Below are positions 44,987 through 61,900 of a stretch of 64,000 nucleotides of DNA, piece by piece; position 1 is the stretch's first letter; each line of letters begins with the position of its first letter. The DNA comes from the human T2T-CHM13v2.0 reference genome, Homo sapiens. Below the pieces are notes generated by a model. The model worked only from the letters and a program-made list of their open reading frames with translations. It ran no database searches and was not told the DNA's origin. Location: the NCBI RefSeq assembly GCF_009914755.1, contig NC_060943.1; one strand, written 5' to 3'. The position numbers were made by a program, and so were the translations under genes.

Positions 44987-45417
44987 CTACAGTCATCAAA
45001 ACAGTATGGCCAGCATAAGCACAGACACGTAGACCAATGAAATAGAATTCAGAGTCCAGTTTTAAACCCCAAATCTATGGCCAGCTGATTTTCAACAACG
45101 CTCTAACACCACTCGATGGCGAAAGAACAGTCTCTTCAGTGAACGGTGCTGGGACACCTGGAAAACCACATGCAAAAGAATACTGTTAGACCCCCACTTC
45201 ACTTCATATATGAAAGTTCACTCGAAAATGGATCAACTCTCTACGTATAAGGACTACAACTATGAAACTGGTGTAAATAAACATGGGGCAAATCTTCATG
45301 ACCTCATTTGGCAATGGAGTCACAGATTTGACACCAAAGGTGTGAGCGACAAGAGAAAACAGATAAATAGAATTTCATAAACATTTAAAACATTCATGCA
45401 ACAAGGGACTTTATCAG

Positions 45418-45568
45418 GGCTGGGTGCGGCAGCTCACGCCTGTGATCCCAGCTAGTTGGGAGGCTGGGGTGGGAGGACTGCTTGAGCCTAGGAAGTCAGG
45501 GTTACAGTGAACCAAGATCACACCACTGCACTCCAGCCTGGGCAACAGAGTGAGACCCTGCTCAAAAA
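45418..45568 (+). mobile_element. Alu monomer (FRAM/FAM-like)
   Basis: Single arm of about 150 nt. Confidence 0.75.
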
Positions 45569-45696
45569 GCAGACATTATGAAGAATGTAAAAAAAAAAAA
45601 AACACCTAAAAAAGGGGAAAAGATATTTGAAATCACATACCCAAAATATTTAAAGAACTTCTATAACACAACAACAAAAACAAACAACCTAATTCA

Positions 45697-46026
<330 letters not shown>

Positions 46027-46472
46027 CTAGACATTTCTCGAGAAAGAGATACGTGCAGCCAGCAAGCATGTGAAAAGACGTGAAACATCACGGGTCATCA
46101 AGGAAATGCAAATAAAAACCTCAACAGTTACCGCTCTATACCCTAGAGGATGGCTATAATTTTTAAGAAACAGAAAACAAGCATTGCTGAGGATCTGGAG
46201 AAACAGGAACCCTCACACATTGCTGGTGGACCTATGACAGGATACAGCCACTGGAAAACGGCTTAGCAGTTCCTCAGAAAGCTAAACAGAAAATTATTGT
46301 ATGAGCCTGCAATTCCATTCCTAGGTGTATACACCCAGAGGAACTGAAAACGGGCACTCAAACAAGTACAAACACACACTCACACACGTTCACAGCAGCA
46401 CTATTCCCCATAGCAAATGGGTAGAAACAGCCCAAACGTCTATCCACAGATGAATGGATAAACAGAAAATGG

Positions 46473-46670
46473 TATAGCTGTCCGTCATTCTGTGTAGATT
46501 CCATACTTTTGAATTTACCTCCTCACTGAAGTTCATTTGCAACCCCAAACTGATACTGTCAGCTTTCACAGTCATTTGCAGACATGCCCAGAACAGCAGA
46601 AAGGTTGAGCTGCCCAACACGCATGTTCCCAGCAGATGTCAAGCAAGGCAACGCTGTCGTCTTGCTTCGG
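46473..46670 (+). mobile_element. MER82-like (TcMar-Tigger) fragment
   Basis: atttgcaaccccaaa...gtcatttgcagacatgcccaga...catgttcccagc...caaggcaacgctgtc. Confidence 0.65.
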
Positions 46671-47109
46671 AAAAACTTCTTCACAACACACATGTATTAC
46701 TTTGCAATCAGATGAGGCCTTCCAAATTCTTTTTCCCTGAGAGAAAGGAGTGATTTTTCTGTAAAAGGACATCCTACCAACAGGTCAAACAAAATGCGGC
46801 CTCAGTTACGTTCTAATGCCTAACACTGCATAAAGCACAATTCCTTCATTATACAGGCGATGCCATATTCAAGGTCAAGTGCACTCGCTGAAAAACCCTC
46901 ATGCTTATACAAGAATAGAGCTGTCGGAGAAAGCACCTTTTCTGCTCCGGTCTTAGAGCCACACTCGCCGGCGAAGCCAAACAACATCTTTTTCATCGCA
47001 GGACCCTCAACCTCCTTTGGGCCCTCTGAGGTCTGAGGCTCCCTTTCTCCACTGAACTTCCTTGCCCAGACTGACTGGAAGGAGCCGATACCATCTCAAC
47101 AATGAAAGG

Positions 47110-47320
47110 ATGAAATGCCTACTATGTGCCACGCCCCGGGCCAAGTGCTACACCTGCTGTCTCCCTCTTAATCTTCCTGATGCCTGAGAAGCAGACGCAG
47201 CCAGAAACCCCATCTTATGGATAGACAAACTGAGGCCCAGAGGAGTGTCCCACTCACGGTGACACAGCCAGGCTCTGAGATTGAACGCTGGCGTGTCCAC
47301 CTCCAAACTGCGGTCTCCGC
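47110..47320. mobile_element. MIR
   Basis: cctactatgtgcca...ccccatcttatggatagacaaactgaggcccagag...gtgacacagc. Confidence 0.65.
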
Positions 47321-47987
47321 AGCTCTCTCCCTACCCAGTCTGGACACACCAGCGCCTCCCCAAACCCACCCCGTCACCAACCTCTGTTTACTCCTTATTC
47401 CACTTACCTGACCTCCCACCGAGGAGTAAGCCATGGCTAACCACCAAACGCGAGCCCTGGCTACACCAGGTAGAAAAACCACCAGCAAACCCATGCACTA
47501 TGACCCTGTCCCTAATCGTGTTCCAAATCCTGCAGCCATGACACACTCCTATCCCTGGCACCAAAACTCATCAAGCACTGTCATTCTAGGTCATGCCTGT
47601 CTCAGGTATTTGGACAACTGGTGTGTGTTTACAAAGAGCTGGTTCCAATCCTAGCTCTGCCAACTTCTGAGGCTTGACCAAGTGACTCGGGATCCAGGAT
47701 CTCCTCCACCTGTGGACAGCACACACACCACTGCCGCTGTGAGGAGGACCTGCATCCCTGGACCTTGCCGTGGGGCCACTGGTACTCCCGGTGTAGGACC
47801 CTCTACAACCACCCCAGGAAGAGAGGGTTCCCAGGCAATCGGGCACATGGTACACTGAAGCGGCTGGCCTCTGTCCTGAGAGAGAGGGAGCGCTGCGATT
47901 CTCAGCACAGGCTCATGGCAGAACTCCGGGCCCAGCTACGCGGCTTCTGCAGGAATTATTCAGACAAATAAACACCAAGAAACATGA

Positions 47988-48019
<32 letters not shown>

Positions 48020-48807
48020 CAGAAAAACTGGCCATCCTCCAAAAGGGCTCAATGAAAGCACATGCTGAGATTTGAAAAACCTGCTACATCTAAAATGGGA
48101 GAATTTTACTATATGTAAATTATACCTCGACAAACTAGACTTAAAGAAAACATCTTAACCCAACTATGTTACCATGGGTTGCTGGAAGTGCACATGCTCC
48201 TGCTGAAGGGCACCGAGGGAGCTGGCACCACGCTTGGGGCCTTCCAGAGGAACCAGGCAACAGGAGCTCTAGAGGAACATGGGGTCCCATGCCCCCCATG
48301 CAACTACATGCCCCCACACCCTAAATGAAGCCCCCAGGATCCCAAAAGAGCAGGCAGGGATTCAGAGAGGGCTCTCTGCCCTCTCGACACCCCCACACAG
48401 GGGAGGATGCTGGGCCCAGTAGTGACAATCCTATGGTCAAAGGGCCCCCGGCTCCCTTTATCTACAGGGCCAGGATGCAAGGGTGGAGCTTCAGGAAGTC
48501 AGGACAGAAACAGCCCTGGAGTCTGCATTTCAGACTCAGTTGAGTGCTGCAGGACACAGCAGGTAGGGGCACCTGAGTGGCAGCCACTTAGGGCCCCTGC
48601 TGCACTGGGTACAGTGGCACCACACAGTATGGGTTTCTGCCACACTTGGGAGCGGCTGGCCTGCATCTCGCCTGAAGTTGCCCCTACTAAGCAAGGATGA
48701 CAAGCAGCAAACAGCACTGGCCAGGCCCTGCCCCACCTGCCTCCGAATCCACGGGCAGCCCACGGCGGAGCCAGGCAGCAGCCGGAGCCCCTTGCCTGAG
48801 GGCACTA

Positions 48808-49092
<285 letters not shown>

Positions 49093-50426
49093 TCAGAGGA
49101 CCTTAATCTAAGTCACCCCAGAGGCGAGTTTAAACTGCCCATACAGATGGTGGTCCCACAGCCCACCCGCTAGAATACCAGTGCCTGGGCTGTGGAGCAC
49201 CTTTGCAGATGGGCTCGAGCAATCCCCTCAACCGCCCCAAGAGGGGGCTGCTGTTCTCATTCCCCTTCCATACGCTCACCGGATACAGCTGGGGAGACTG
49301 GGAGCCCGGGCACACACCTGGCAGAGGGGTGGCCCCATAGGCCCAAAGGCAGGGACCACTCACCCCTCAGGAGGCCCACTTGCAGGCAGGTTCGGCTCTT
49401 CTCCCAGCGGGGCCTCAATTCCAACAAAGCCTCAGAATGACCTAGGTTTCTGTGAACTGGACCCCGCGCGAGGCCTTGCATCTGAAATCGGCCAAGCTGC
49501 ACCGGCTGAAATGTCACCCGGCTCCTAGGACGGCCGCACGCCAAATGCCTCTCCTCAAGGCCCTTCGTGCCAGAGGGTTTGTGGAAAAGTGGAATGGCAG
49601 CCACGCAGCCCGGCACCGCCAGGTACAAACCGGGGACTCAGTAACCAAGCGGGGCGGCATCCACAGGCCTCCCAGGGACACCTCCTTCCCCAGCGTTGCC
49701 TCCATGCCGGGCCAGCTGCACTTGTGGGAAAGCAGCCGGCCACGGACAAGCCACAAGCCAGGAAATGTCACCGCTGGCCCTGTGGTGACACCTGGGAGGA
49801 GGAGCAGGGGCAGGCTCTGAGTTGTTTTAATCATTAGGCCAAAAAAAAAAAAAAAAAGTGAAAAACTACAGATGAAAGAAAAGAAAAGAAAACCCCCTGG
49901 ACTCCCACCACCCAGATGACCCGCGCCAACATTCTGGATAGAGATAACTCCTTTTTCCTTCAAGTATTATATATGTAGCTTGCTTCGTTAATTCTGAAGG
50001 TCATCAAAGATTCTGCCCAGAAGACGCATCGTAATCGGACTGTAATCAGATATTTATGCTATTTCCTGATCTCAGTCACTACACACGGCCCGGTTATTAA
50101 CCCTCTAGGACCGTCGAGGAAGCTGGCCCTGACAGGGGATGTCACTGCTGGCACATTTTCTAGGCAACTGGACAGGAGGTGGCCCAGCAGCTCCCCTAGA
50201 GAAGCAGACCAAGGGACACGCCCACCTGCTGTCATGAAACCAGCCGTGTCCTGGCCCCCGACGTCCCCAGGAATGGAGATGGTGACCAGCACCCCCCGCA
50301 GCACTCACTGGAATGTCTGTGCATGGGCAGCGGCCAGTTCTCTGGCCTGTTTTGTGAACTGCCGTGGCACCCGGAGCAGGGGTCCCCACAGAGAGGCATC
50401 CTGCTTGCTCCCCTCAGGGATCCTAC

Positions 50427-50509
50427 CTTGTTTTTGAAGTGCACCTCGATGGGCATGATGAAGCCAGCGTACCCCGACTCCTCTACTTTGTAGGGGGGCT
50501 CCTTGCACA
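50427..50509 (-). CDS. MLLT1: MLLT1 exon 3 (83 nt), YEATS ([28 protein letters not shown])
   Basis: Contains the YEATS GYAGF motif (Y78, F81). tttttag acceptor, GTAGGA donor; phase continuous with exons 2 and 4. Confidence 0.98.
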
Positions 50510-51100
50510 CTAAAAAGAAAAGGAAGAAACACACCCATCAGCTTCCTGCCTGTTTCAGGCCCAGCTGCCAGCGGCAGTACCGCACCCCTCAACCCCACCA
50601 CCTCCTCACAGGGGCTTGGCTGGCCTCTCGGGGGTGGCTTTTCAGGAGGTTAAGCCCCCGACAGGATTGACTTCCACGGCAAAGTTATCTTAGGAATAAA
50701 ACAGCAGGGAAGAAGAGGAGAAAGGAGACTTGGCCACCGGCATGGTCAGCAGAGAGTGAGAAGGAACGTTAGCCTGTCATCGGGATACTTGCTCCTGCAG
50801 AGGATGAGGAGGCTGAGGCCAGAGAAGGCTGCACAAGTTTGCCCGACTCAGGTGGATGTCGGTAAGCGTGACCTGGGTGAGGTGTGAAACCCAGCAGGGA
50901 GGGCCACACACTCTACTGTCACCACCTCCAGCACGGGGGCTGAGCACCTGCTGCACCACGGACACATGCACTGGGAGACAGGGGAGCCCCAGGTGGCTGG
51001 GACCCTCCTCCTGGGTTCTAGTTTAGCACCTAATAAGAGCATTCCCAAGTGACGCAAACAAAACCCCATTGACCCCAGAGATTAAAAAAGAAAAAAAAAA

Positions 51101-51400
<300 letters not shown>

Positions 51401-52821
51401 AAAGTGCAGCATGAGGCCAGGCACCTGAATACTTAATCTGAACCTGGGGAGGAAAGCGGAGGCAGAACAGAGGAAGGGTGGCCTGTCCCCAGCAGAGGAG
51501 GCACGGGCATGGGCAGTGGCCTGGGATTTGCTCTCAGACTCCACCCATGCCTCGTCTTCTCCCCACTCGCCCATAGTCTGAATCCCACCCAGCCACAAAG
51601 GCCCACAGCAGGGCCACCTCCTTCGAGAAACAGACCCCATGTCCCTCTGCCTCTGACCTCCAGGTCACGTGCTTCCCAAATCTACTGTCACATCTTATCT
51701 CATGGTCCCCACGCCTTCAAGAAGGAATCCTGTCCTGTGACGGGTACTCCAAGCCTGAAGAACTTCTATCCCCCCAGACAGCGCCAAGAGGGATGGCAGT
51801 TGGCCGAGTGCTTCAATTCAACCAGGGGAGAACAGGGAGACGCACCGGCCCACTCTCCTGCCTGAGAGCCCACAGGAAGCAAGAGGACAGGAATAAGGCC
51901 GTGAGAGTGAAGGCAGGAGGGAGGAGATTCAAGCCACCTGCCAGTTTCTGAAAGGCAGAAGTCGGACGAGGACACGATGGGCAAGGGGCAGGACAAGGAG
52001 GCGACGGCTCAGAGTCTGCCATGGGGGCGCCGCAGGGCAGGGACAGCCACTGGTGCCAGAAGGCTGAAGGTCCTGGACTGGCTGAGCGGAGGGCAGGAGT
52101 GAGGATGAAAGCTGGGGGAGGGAAAGGGAGCACGGTGGGGGAGGAGGGTGGGAGCAGGGGAGCGACTGCCACTGCGGGGCCTGAGCTTCTCCCTGGGGTG
52201 ACAGCAATGTTCTGGAATTAGACAGCAGTGATGGAATCAGTGGTCATGGCCGCACAACTATGTGAATATACTGAAAACGCTAACTGTACACATTACAAGA
52301 GTGAATTTTATGATGTGTAAATTACATCTCCATAAAGCGGTTATTAAAAAAAAACAAAAGGGCAAACTGAAAGGCTGTGTTGGGCACAGGAGCCCTGGGA
52401 TCCCTCCCTCCTGCCCATCCTCCTTCCCGCCCATTCCCCCTCCACCCCTCCCCACCCCAGGAAGTTTCAGGTTTCCCTCTGGAGAAATTGAGATGGTTCT
52501 GTGTCTCAAGGAGCCAACTATCAGGGGGAAGCTGAAACTTGCAGCGTGGAAACCAGACCCCGAGGAAGGCCTTACTCATTAGGAAATCAGGAGGCCCGTG
52601 AGCCTTCAGGCCTGTGGATAGGCAGAACCCACCCTCCCATCACATAACGCTCAGGAGCTCCCACCAGGAGGAAAGAGCCCGAGCAAACAAATAATTTGGA
52701 GACCACAGAGAGTTTGACAAAAAGAAAGAAAAAAAATAAAAACCAAGAGTCAATGTCCTCAGATTCAAGGAGATATATATCCAACAAATAAAAATAAGAT
52801 ACTTCTAAAAGGGGAAATTAC

Positions 52822-53112
<291 letters not shown>

Positions 53113-53407
53113 TGAGGATCCCAGAAAGAAAAAAAGAGAGGAAATAAACAGATGGAAGGAAACTGTCAAATAAATAGAAGGAAACTTTCAGAGCTAAAAT
53201 GAAAGACACTCAAATGTCACAAAACATAGTGAACAGCAAAAAAAAAAAAAAAAAAAAAAAACAAAAAAAAACATGATGTCATAAAGCAAGCGTCCTAAAA
53301 ACATAAAAACATCCTAAATGTTTCCACAGAAAAAAACAGGTCACATATAATGGGATGAGGACCGAATGGCATCAGACTTTCCAGAAGATACTAACACAAC
53401 GCCTTCA

Positions 53408-54534
<1,127 letters not shown>

Positions 54535-54581
54535 TAATTCCCAAACCACAAAACTACACCCAACCAACCATTCTACTGTGA

Positions 54582-55590
<1,009 letters not shown>

Positions 55591-58500
55591 AAAAAATTAA
55601 AAAAAAAAAAAAATTCCACAGAATAAATGAAATGACTGAGAGAATGGGGGGAAAATGAAGGTATGCTAAAGACACAATGCAAAAAGGAGAAGTAAGGGGG
55701 TATTCCAAAAGCCACAGACCAAATGTGAAGCAAGCTAAAATAGGGCCAAATTTTAACCAAAAATGACCAAAAAGAACCCGTTTCACACAGACCTGACTTT
55801 GAGCCTTCTCTCTGGAGTGGCCCAGAGTTCAGGACATGGGAAACAGAAGCTGAATGAAGTCCTGCCGTCCCAACCAGCCTGATGGTGACAGCGTCAAACA
55901 TGTCAACGCCGCCTACTGCTAGTTCCCAACTCTTACAGTCAATCTATAATCGGGGAGCGAAGGTCTTGGTCTTCGTCAATAAGCTTAACAACGTCCATTG
56001 TAGCCTCAAAAGGAGGGGTGCAGCAGGGTCAAAAAGAGACAGGGTACTGGTGGCCTTGCCCTCCTCAGTGGAGAGTCAGAAAACACTAACAAAAGCTGAC
56101 CAGGTGCAAGGGTCCATCCAGTCATCAAACACTTAGTAAGCACCTACTGTATCCCTGCAGGCACCGAACATGTAGCAGCAAACAAAACTGACAGAAACCT
56201 CTGACTTGGGGTGGGGAGAGGGATGGACAAGATGAAGAAGTCATATGTACGAGATGTTAAGATGGTGCTAAGGAGAAAACCAAAGCAGAAAACAAAAAGG
56301 CTAAGAAGCATATGGCTGTGTGGGTGTATTGGGCAACGAAACCGCGATTGAGCCCAGGCAGCCAGAGGACTCCCTAAAAAGGGTGACGTGGGACTCTTCT
56401 GTGAAGGATCCCAAAGGTAAACAGGCTCACATCATCATTCAAAGTCACAAAGACAACCAACGCAAAAGCGAGTCACTGGACTATTAAAAACTTAGAGAAG
56501 ACAGTGGATAAAAGGGGTACTTTGGGATAAATTCTAACCCTTCAAGCTGGTAAATCAGTAAGTATTGTCTACATTTAAAAAATCAAGAAATAAGAAGCAA
56601 ATGAGCTGGTATTAAGAGGAGTCCAGAGAGGGCTAGGAAGACAGCCCCGGGGAGGGAGGACTAAGGAGGCCAGGAACAGCAACTTTGTACCTTACATGTT
56701 TCTACCCTATTTGATTTGTGATAATGTAAGCTGGGGCGGAAGTAAAAGATACTTTTTAAGTACCTCAAGTATCAATCCAGAGGCTGGAGTGCTCTAAGAG
56801 GTTCACTCCCTCTCTAAAGTTTTATTCAATGCCACAGAGTGTGAGCTGGAAATTTACTTTCTGATACATTTGATGGGGCCGCTATCTGCCTCCAGGCCCC
56901 ACAGACAGACAGCAACAAACAGGGCTCAGCTACTAATTTAAAGGCCGCCTGCAAACTGACACTGAAGCCTGGCATGGTGGCACATGCCTGCCAGGAGCTC
57001 AAGACAAGCCTGGGCAACACGACAAACAAAAAACAAAACAAAACAAAAAACTAAAAACTAACCCTTAAGAGTGAGCCCCACTCACTACCCCACCTTCCAG
57101 GTACTTGGAGAAGGTGCCATGTCAACGTGGTGGGGAACAAAGGTGAAATCAACAGCCTCAAAGTGGATGGAAATCAGCGTCCGGGGCCCATCCCTGTGCT
57201 CCAGGGACAGAGAAAAGGGGAGGGGTGAGGGGGTTGGTGAAGAAGTGGAGTGGATGCCACCAGAGAAAGGAAAGAGGGCCTGGTGCAGGAGGGGCAGCCA
57301 GGCTCCTGCTCTGCCAACGTGGCACAAAAGCAGCCACAGGCAACACCTATGCGGGCGGGCATGGCCGTGCACCAATAAAAACAGGCTGCACTGGCAGTGG
57401 CCAGACCCAGCCCACAGGCCAGCCTGCCCACCCTGCTCTAAGCACAGGTAGCGGCCTGCCCCCTGGACCCGTCTCCCCGTCTGCAGAAGAGGGCTGTGGC
57501 GAGAAGAAAACGCGATCCTGCGCACGAAGCGCTGGCCAGGAAGTGCTCGATAGATGGCATGTGTCCCCACGATTAGGAAGCGGTTTATAAACATCTGCCG
57601 CTGTCAGGAGCCTCCGCGGCCATCCTCTAAGAGGCTTAGAGAGGGAGGAAGGAAAAGGGGAAAAGGTGAAGACTCAGGAAAGGAGAAATGCAGAGGGAAA
57701 GAGAAGCCGCAGGCTGAGGGAATCGCAGGTGGGCATCCCTTCAGAATGACAAGCCTCTACTGCTGTCAACGCCCATCACTTCCCCACTAGGCTGCAAACC
57801 ACTTACAGGCTCAGGGCCAGGGTCCTGGGTCCCGGGTCCCGGGAAGCTCTTGCTTCAACCTAAGCACACCCACGCTTGTGCACGGCTCACCTCCCGTGGC
57901 CCCTGGAGCTCCCGGGACCCCCATATTGCAGGGTAGAGGGGTCACCAGCCCAGCCAGGGCTCTTCCCACCCTGAAGTGCTTCCTACAGAAAGTCCCTCAT
58001 TCCTTTATCAAGACATCACCCAAGAAGCATTTATCGAACCCCTGTGATGTGCCGGGCTCCGGGCTTCACACTGGCGACTCAGCGGTAAGAAAAGTAGACG
58101 CGGCCCCAGCCCTGATGGCGCTCACCAGACCACCACCTCACTCTCCGATTCCCCACCACAGCCTTTCCCTAGGGCTCACTTCCCCAGGAGGGCATCCCTG
58201 ATCATAAACTGGGTGACTTCCTGCCTGTGCCCCGTCACACTGCACCCTCCAGGAAGGCCAGGGCCCCCACGCCACAGGTGGAGACGCTGACAGAATACAC
58301 GACTGAGGCACTCGTGCTGAATCAATGACGGCCTGAGGCTTGAAGGGAGAGGGAAGACACGGAAAAGACAGTGGTGACATGAGCTCCGGCATTCTTTCTG
58401 CCCCAAATATTGGGAATTCTTCACATGGCACACAAACAAACATAGGCCCGGTCGGCAACTTCCTGATCACTCACCAGCCGGCTGACTTCACCTGTCCCAC

Positions 58501-58774
58501 CCATGCCAACCTGGCTGTGCTCCCTGGCTGCTTCCCAGAGCCCGGGTCTAAATCACGACACAACAGACCGCCACCACCTCCTTCGGTTCTTCCTACGACT
58601 AACTCAACAGCTGGAGGTGACACGGCTCCAGTGCCCCCACGCCGAGGGACGCAAGCTGGAACCTCATGGTTGGAGGGGTCCTGCTGCTCCTGAGGGAGGG
58701 GTGGAGCCTGGCCTTGGGAGGAGTGAAGACAGATGGGTCCGTGCTGTGGGCACTCAGGGCTTGAGGCCACTCAC

Positions 58775-58955
58775 CGCGTCTGGGCTTGGGGAAGCTGTCG
58801 TGCAGCCAGAAGACCACCTTCTCCACGAAGTGCTGGATGTCACATTGCTCGGGGCCGCGGACAAACACCATCCAGTCGTGAGTGAACCCCTCCGTGGTGG
58901 GCTTCTTGCGCAGTTGGGCGCGATGCCCCAGCTCTAACCTCACCTGGACGGTGCA
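58775..58955 (-). CDS. MLLT1: MLLT1/ENL exon 2 (181 nt), N-terminal YEATS domain ([11 protein letters not shown]...HDSFPKPRR)
   Basis: Translation matches ENL, including pocket residues F28, H56, S58, F59. Acceptor ctccag (58956-58961) follows a pyrimidine tract and a CTGAC branch-like site; donor GTGAGT at 58769-58774. Confidence 0.98.
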
Positions 58956-61900
58956 CTGGAGGAGAGAGAGGTGGGGAGATGAAGTCAGCACACGCCTCCA
59001 AGCAGGGGACTGTCCCCTTACCCACAGAGAACTTTCGATAAAGACCCCCAGCAGTGCAATACGCTCTCAACCCAGTGAGCAGCACACAGACGGCTTCCTA
59101 TCGCGCCAGCACCTTGCCGCAGACGTCCCGTGCCTTCTCCCCTCCGTACTCCCACACAGACCCCGTGTCTCCTCTCATCCACCGCCTCATCCTCAATTCC
59201 ACCCGCACAGCCTCCTCACCGGTCCCCAGCTCAGCCCAGCTCACTCCTGCCTCGGGGCCACCACACTGGCCTAGGATCCTCTGCTCCTGAGACTTCCCAC
59301 ACTGGCGCCTCTTGTCACTGGGCTCTCAGCTTGACTGTCCCTCTGCAGGGAAGCCTCCCCTGACCACCGATCCAAAAGCATCCACCACCGCTCCCATCAC
59401 TCTATCATAGAGGATGCTCTTCCGAGCACTTTCACTATCAAAAGTCATCTTGCTGATGGCTGTCGGTGTCTCTGCCACCTAAGCTTGTTGACTCCAGCAT
59501 TTTCATTCCCAAGCACGCATCACAGCGCCTCCCGGAGGCCCCTCTCCTTTCCCTAAGTCATCAGCTACAACACTGGCTTTCAGTTTCAAAAGCAGAATGG
59601 GAGGTTCCCAAGAAGAAGGCAGAGGCCAGCCTGCGGCCCCCTGGTGACCGGTCCCAGGTGGACCCGTGGCCTGGGCAGCCCAGCTCCCTCCGCTGAGCAC
59701 ATGTCGTGTCTGACACTTTGCTCTGAAATACAAGGCAGCTCAGGCCAGTTCCATGCCACTGAACACAAAGTTGCATGCCTTCAAAGCACTCTTCATACCT
59801 AGGTTGGCCAAAACCACCAACAGGGAACCTACAGTAAATATCCACCCTGCTTTGTAAAAACCTCCCCAGACTTTTCACAGATACGGCCCTGACACCCGCT
59901 ATCAAATACAAGAATGTTACAAAATAAAGCAGCAGCCAAGCGCACACTTGCTTCTAAGTGCTGAGATAGCCGGGAGCCAGCCAGACCATGGCCTGAGTCC
60001 CACACCCTCCCCTGACAGAGCCGCCCTCCCGGGCCCCAGACCAGACAGCTCCCATCTGCGCCTTTCCACGCCATCGCTCGGCAACTGGCCAGGTGTGTCC
60101 CAGTGGCTGCAATCCCTCCAGTACCTGTCTCTTCTTTGGCATTTCGAGGCCCCGTTCAGACCCCGCCACCTGGCTGAGTGCCCCGGCGCCTGGCCGGCTT
60201 CCCTCCCTCTCCGTCCCCCTCTGAGCTCTCAGTTGTCACGCGATGGAGCCGCTGGGGCAGGCAGATCCTATCGCCCCCACCCCCGCCCGCCATGTTAAAG
60301 CTTTCCACGGCTTGTCACTCCCTCAGAAGGAAGCCCGAGCCCCGCGCACGTCTTCCACGCGTGTATTTCCTCAAGTCTGAGACGCTCGTCTCTTTTCATG
60401 TCCTAACCCTTTTGAAGTCAGAGTCCAGCCTGCACACAGGCGCACACGTGCACACACAGACACAGAAGCTGCTCCTGAGTTGGTGGCGCTGTCCTGGTAT
60501 CTCAGAGTCCCAGAACTGAGGAAATGCAGGAAACGCGCACATTCCAGCTCAATCCTACAGCCAGCCCCAGACACACCAGGAACAGCCACCCTATCTCTCT
60601 TCATCTCTTCTAGTGCCGCAGCCTGGGTGCCCTAAGCTCGTTTCAAAACCCTACTCATCTCAAGTCCTGGCTCACACGCTGCCCTGTCCAGGGCCCTTTC
60701 TGGTAGCCACGCTGGAGACCAACCTTGAGTCCCCACAGAAGCCTGTGGACAGCTCCACGGGAGCCCCTTCATCCCATCCCCCGCTCCTGGGTTGCTGACG
60801 CAGCCCCCAGGGCCCCTGTGAACTCTCTGAGAGCAGGGACTACATCTTGTTCGTCCTCTTAGCCTCTATCTTGAAACCACGGGACAGGAGGCCTGGACGA
60901 TGCTGGATTAATTAAACCAGAGAGCCTCTCAGGTCAGGGAGTTCTAAATGCTGCTTTTGGAGACGGCAGGGCCATGGTGGCAGATAAGGACAGGCCAGTT
61001 CCAGCATGTGGAAGAACTGGCCAGAGAGGCTGAGGGTCTGTGCGCACAGCAAGCCAGGTATAAGAAATGAGGCGGAGGCGTGCAATTTCTATTTGGCAAC
61101 TTAAAAAGTAAACTGAAACATGTACATGATACAGATGTACAATTTTTATTTGTCAACTAAAAATTAATTTTTAAAAGGAAAGGGGGCAGAGGGGATTCCC
61201 TTGGCTCAGGACGACTGTCCCTCTGGAGTTCCCTGGGAAAAGAGGGCAGGGACTCCCTAGGGACCAGGCACACTGCAGGGGGTGCCTGGGATCAGGCCGG
61301 AGACAAAAGAAATAACCCGTCGTCATAAGTGGCTGACAGATATGGGAAACGGTCTCGGAGTCAAAAGCCCCCGGCCCTCTGTGTAAGGCCTGGGGTGCAG
61401 GCAGAAAAGGGCGAATGGCAAACTAACAGCAACCCCAGCCCATGAGGAGGCAACCAGAAGGAGTGGCTGGAAAAAGGGGTGAACACAGCCCAAAGCCACA
61501 GAACTGACAGGACCCGAGGGTGGAGGACATTCAGGTAACCCCAAGATCCGGGCAGCAGGGACATTCACGACCCCAGTGTGGGAAGAAAGTGGGGATGGAC
61601 GGAAGATCAGGCGCACTCATAAACCCCCGGCGCTGCGGATTCATGAGGATCTCAGGTAAAAGTACCCCCACCAAACACACGAGGTGAGGGCTGAGCACCG
61701 GCATGGCAATACTCAGGCCAAGCACGAGTGTCTGCCTGAACACCACCGCATTCCAACAAACCCAAAACAACACTGACATTAGCCCCGAGCGGCCATGACC
61801 ACCCTCTATGCTTACACGCCTGCGCCTCTGCCTTTTTCGCTAGAAAACAGGAAGGCAACCCCTGTCCCGCTGGGAGCATTACAGGTGAAAACTAAATGTA

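Noticed and set aside
61083-61163. Imperfect ~25-bp direct repeat caattt(c/t)tattt(gg/gt)caact(t)aaaaa
   Set aside because: Resembles a short, locally duplicated old L1MA 3' tail; no sign of function.
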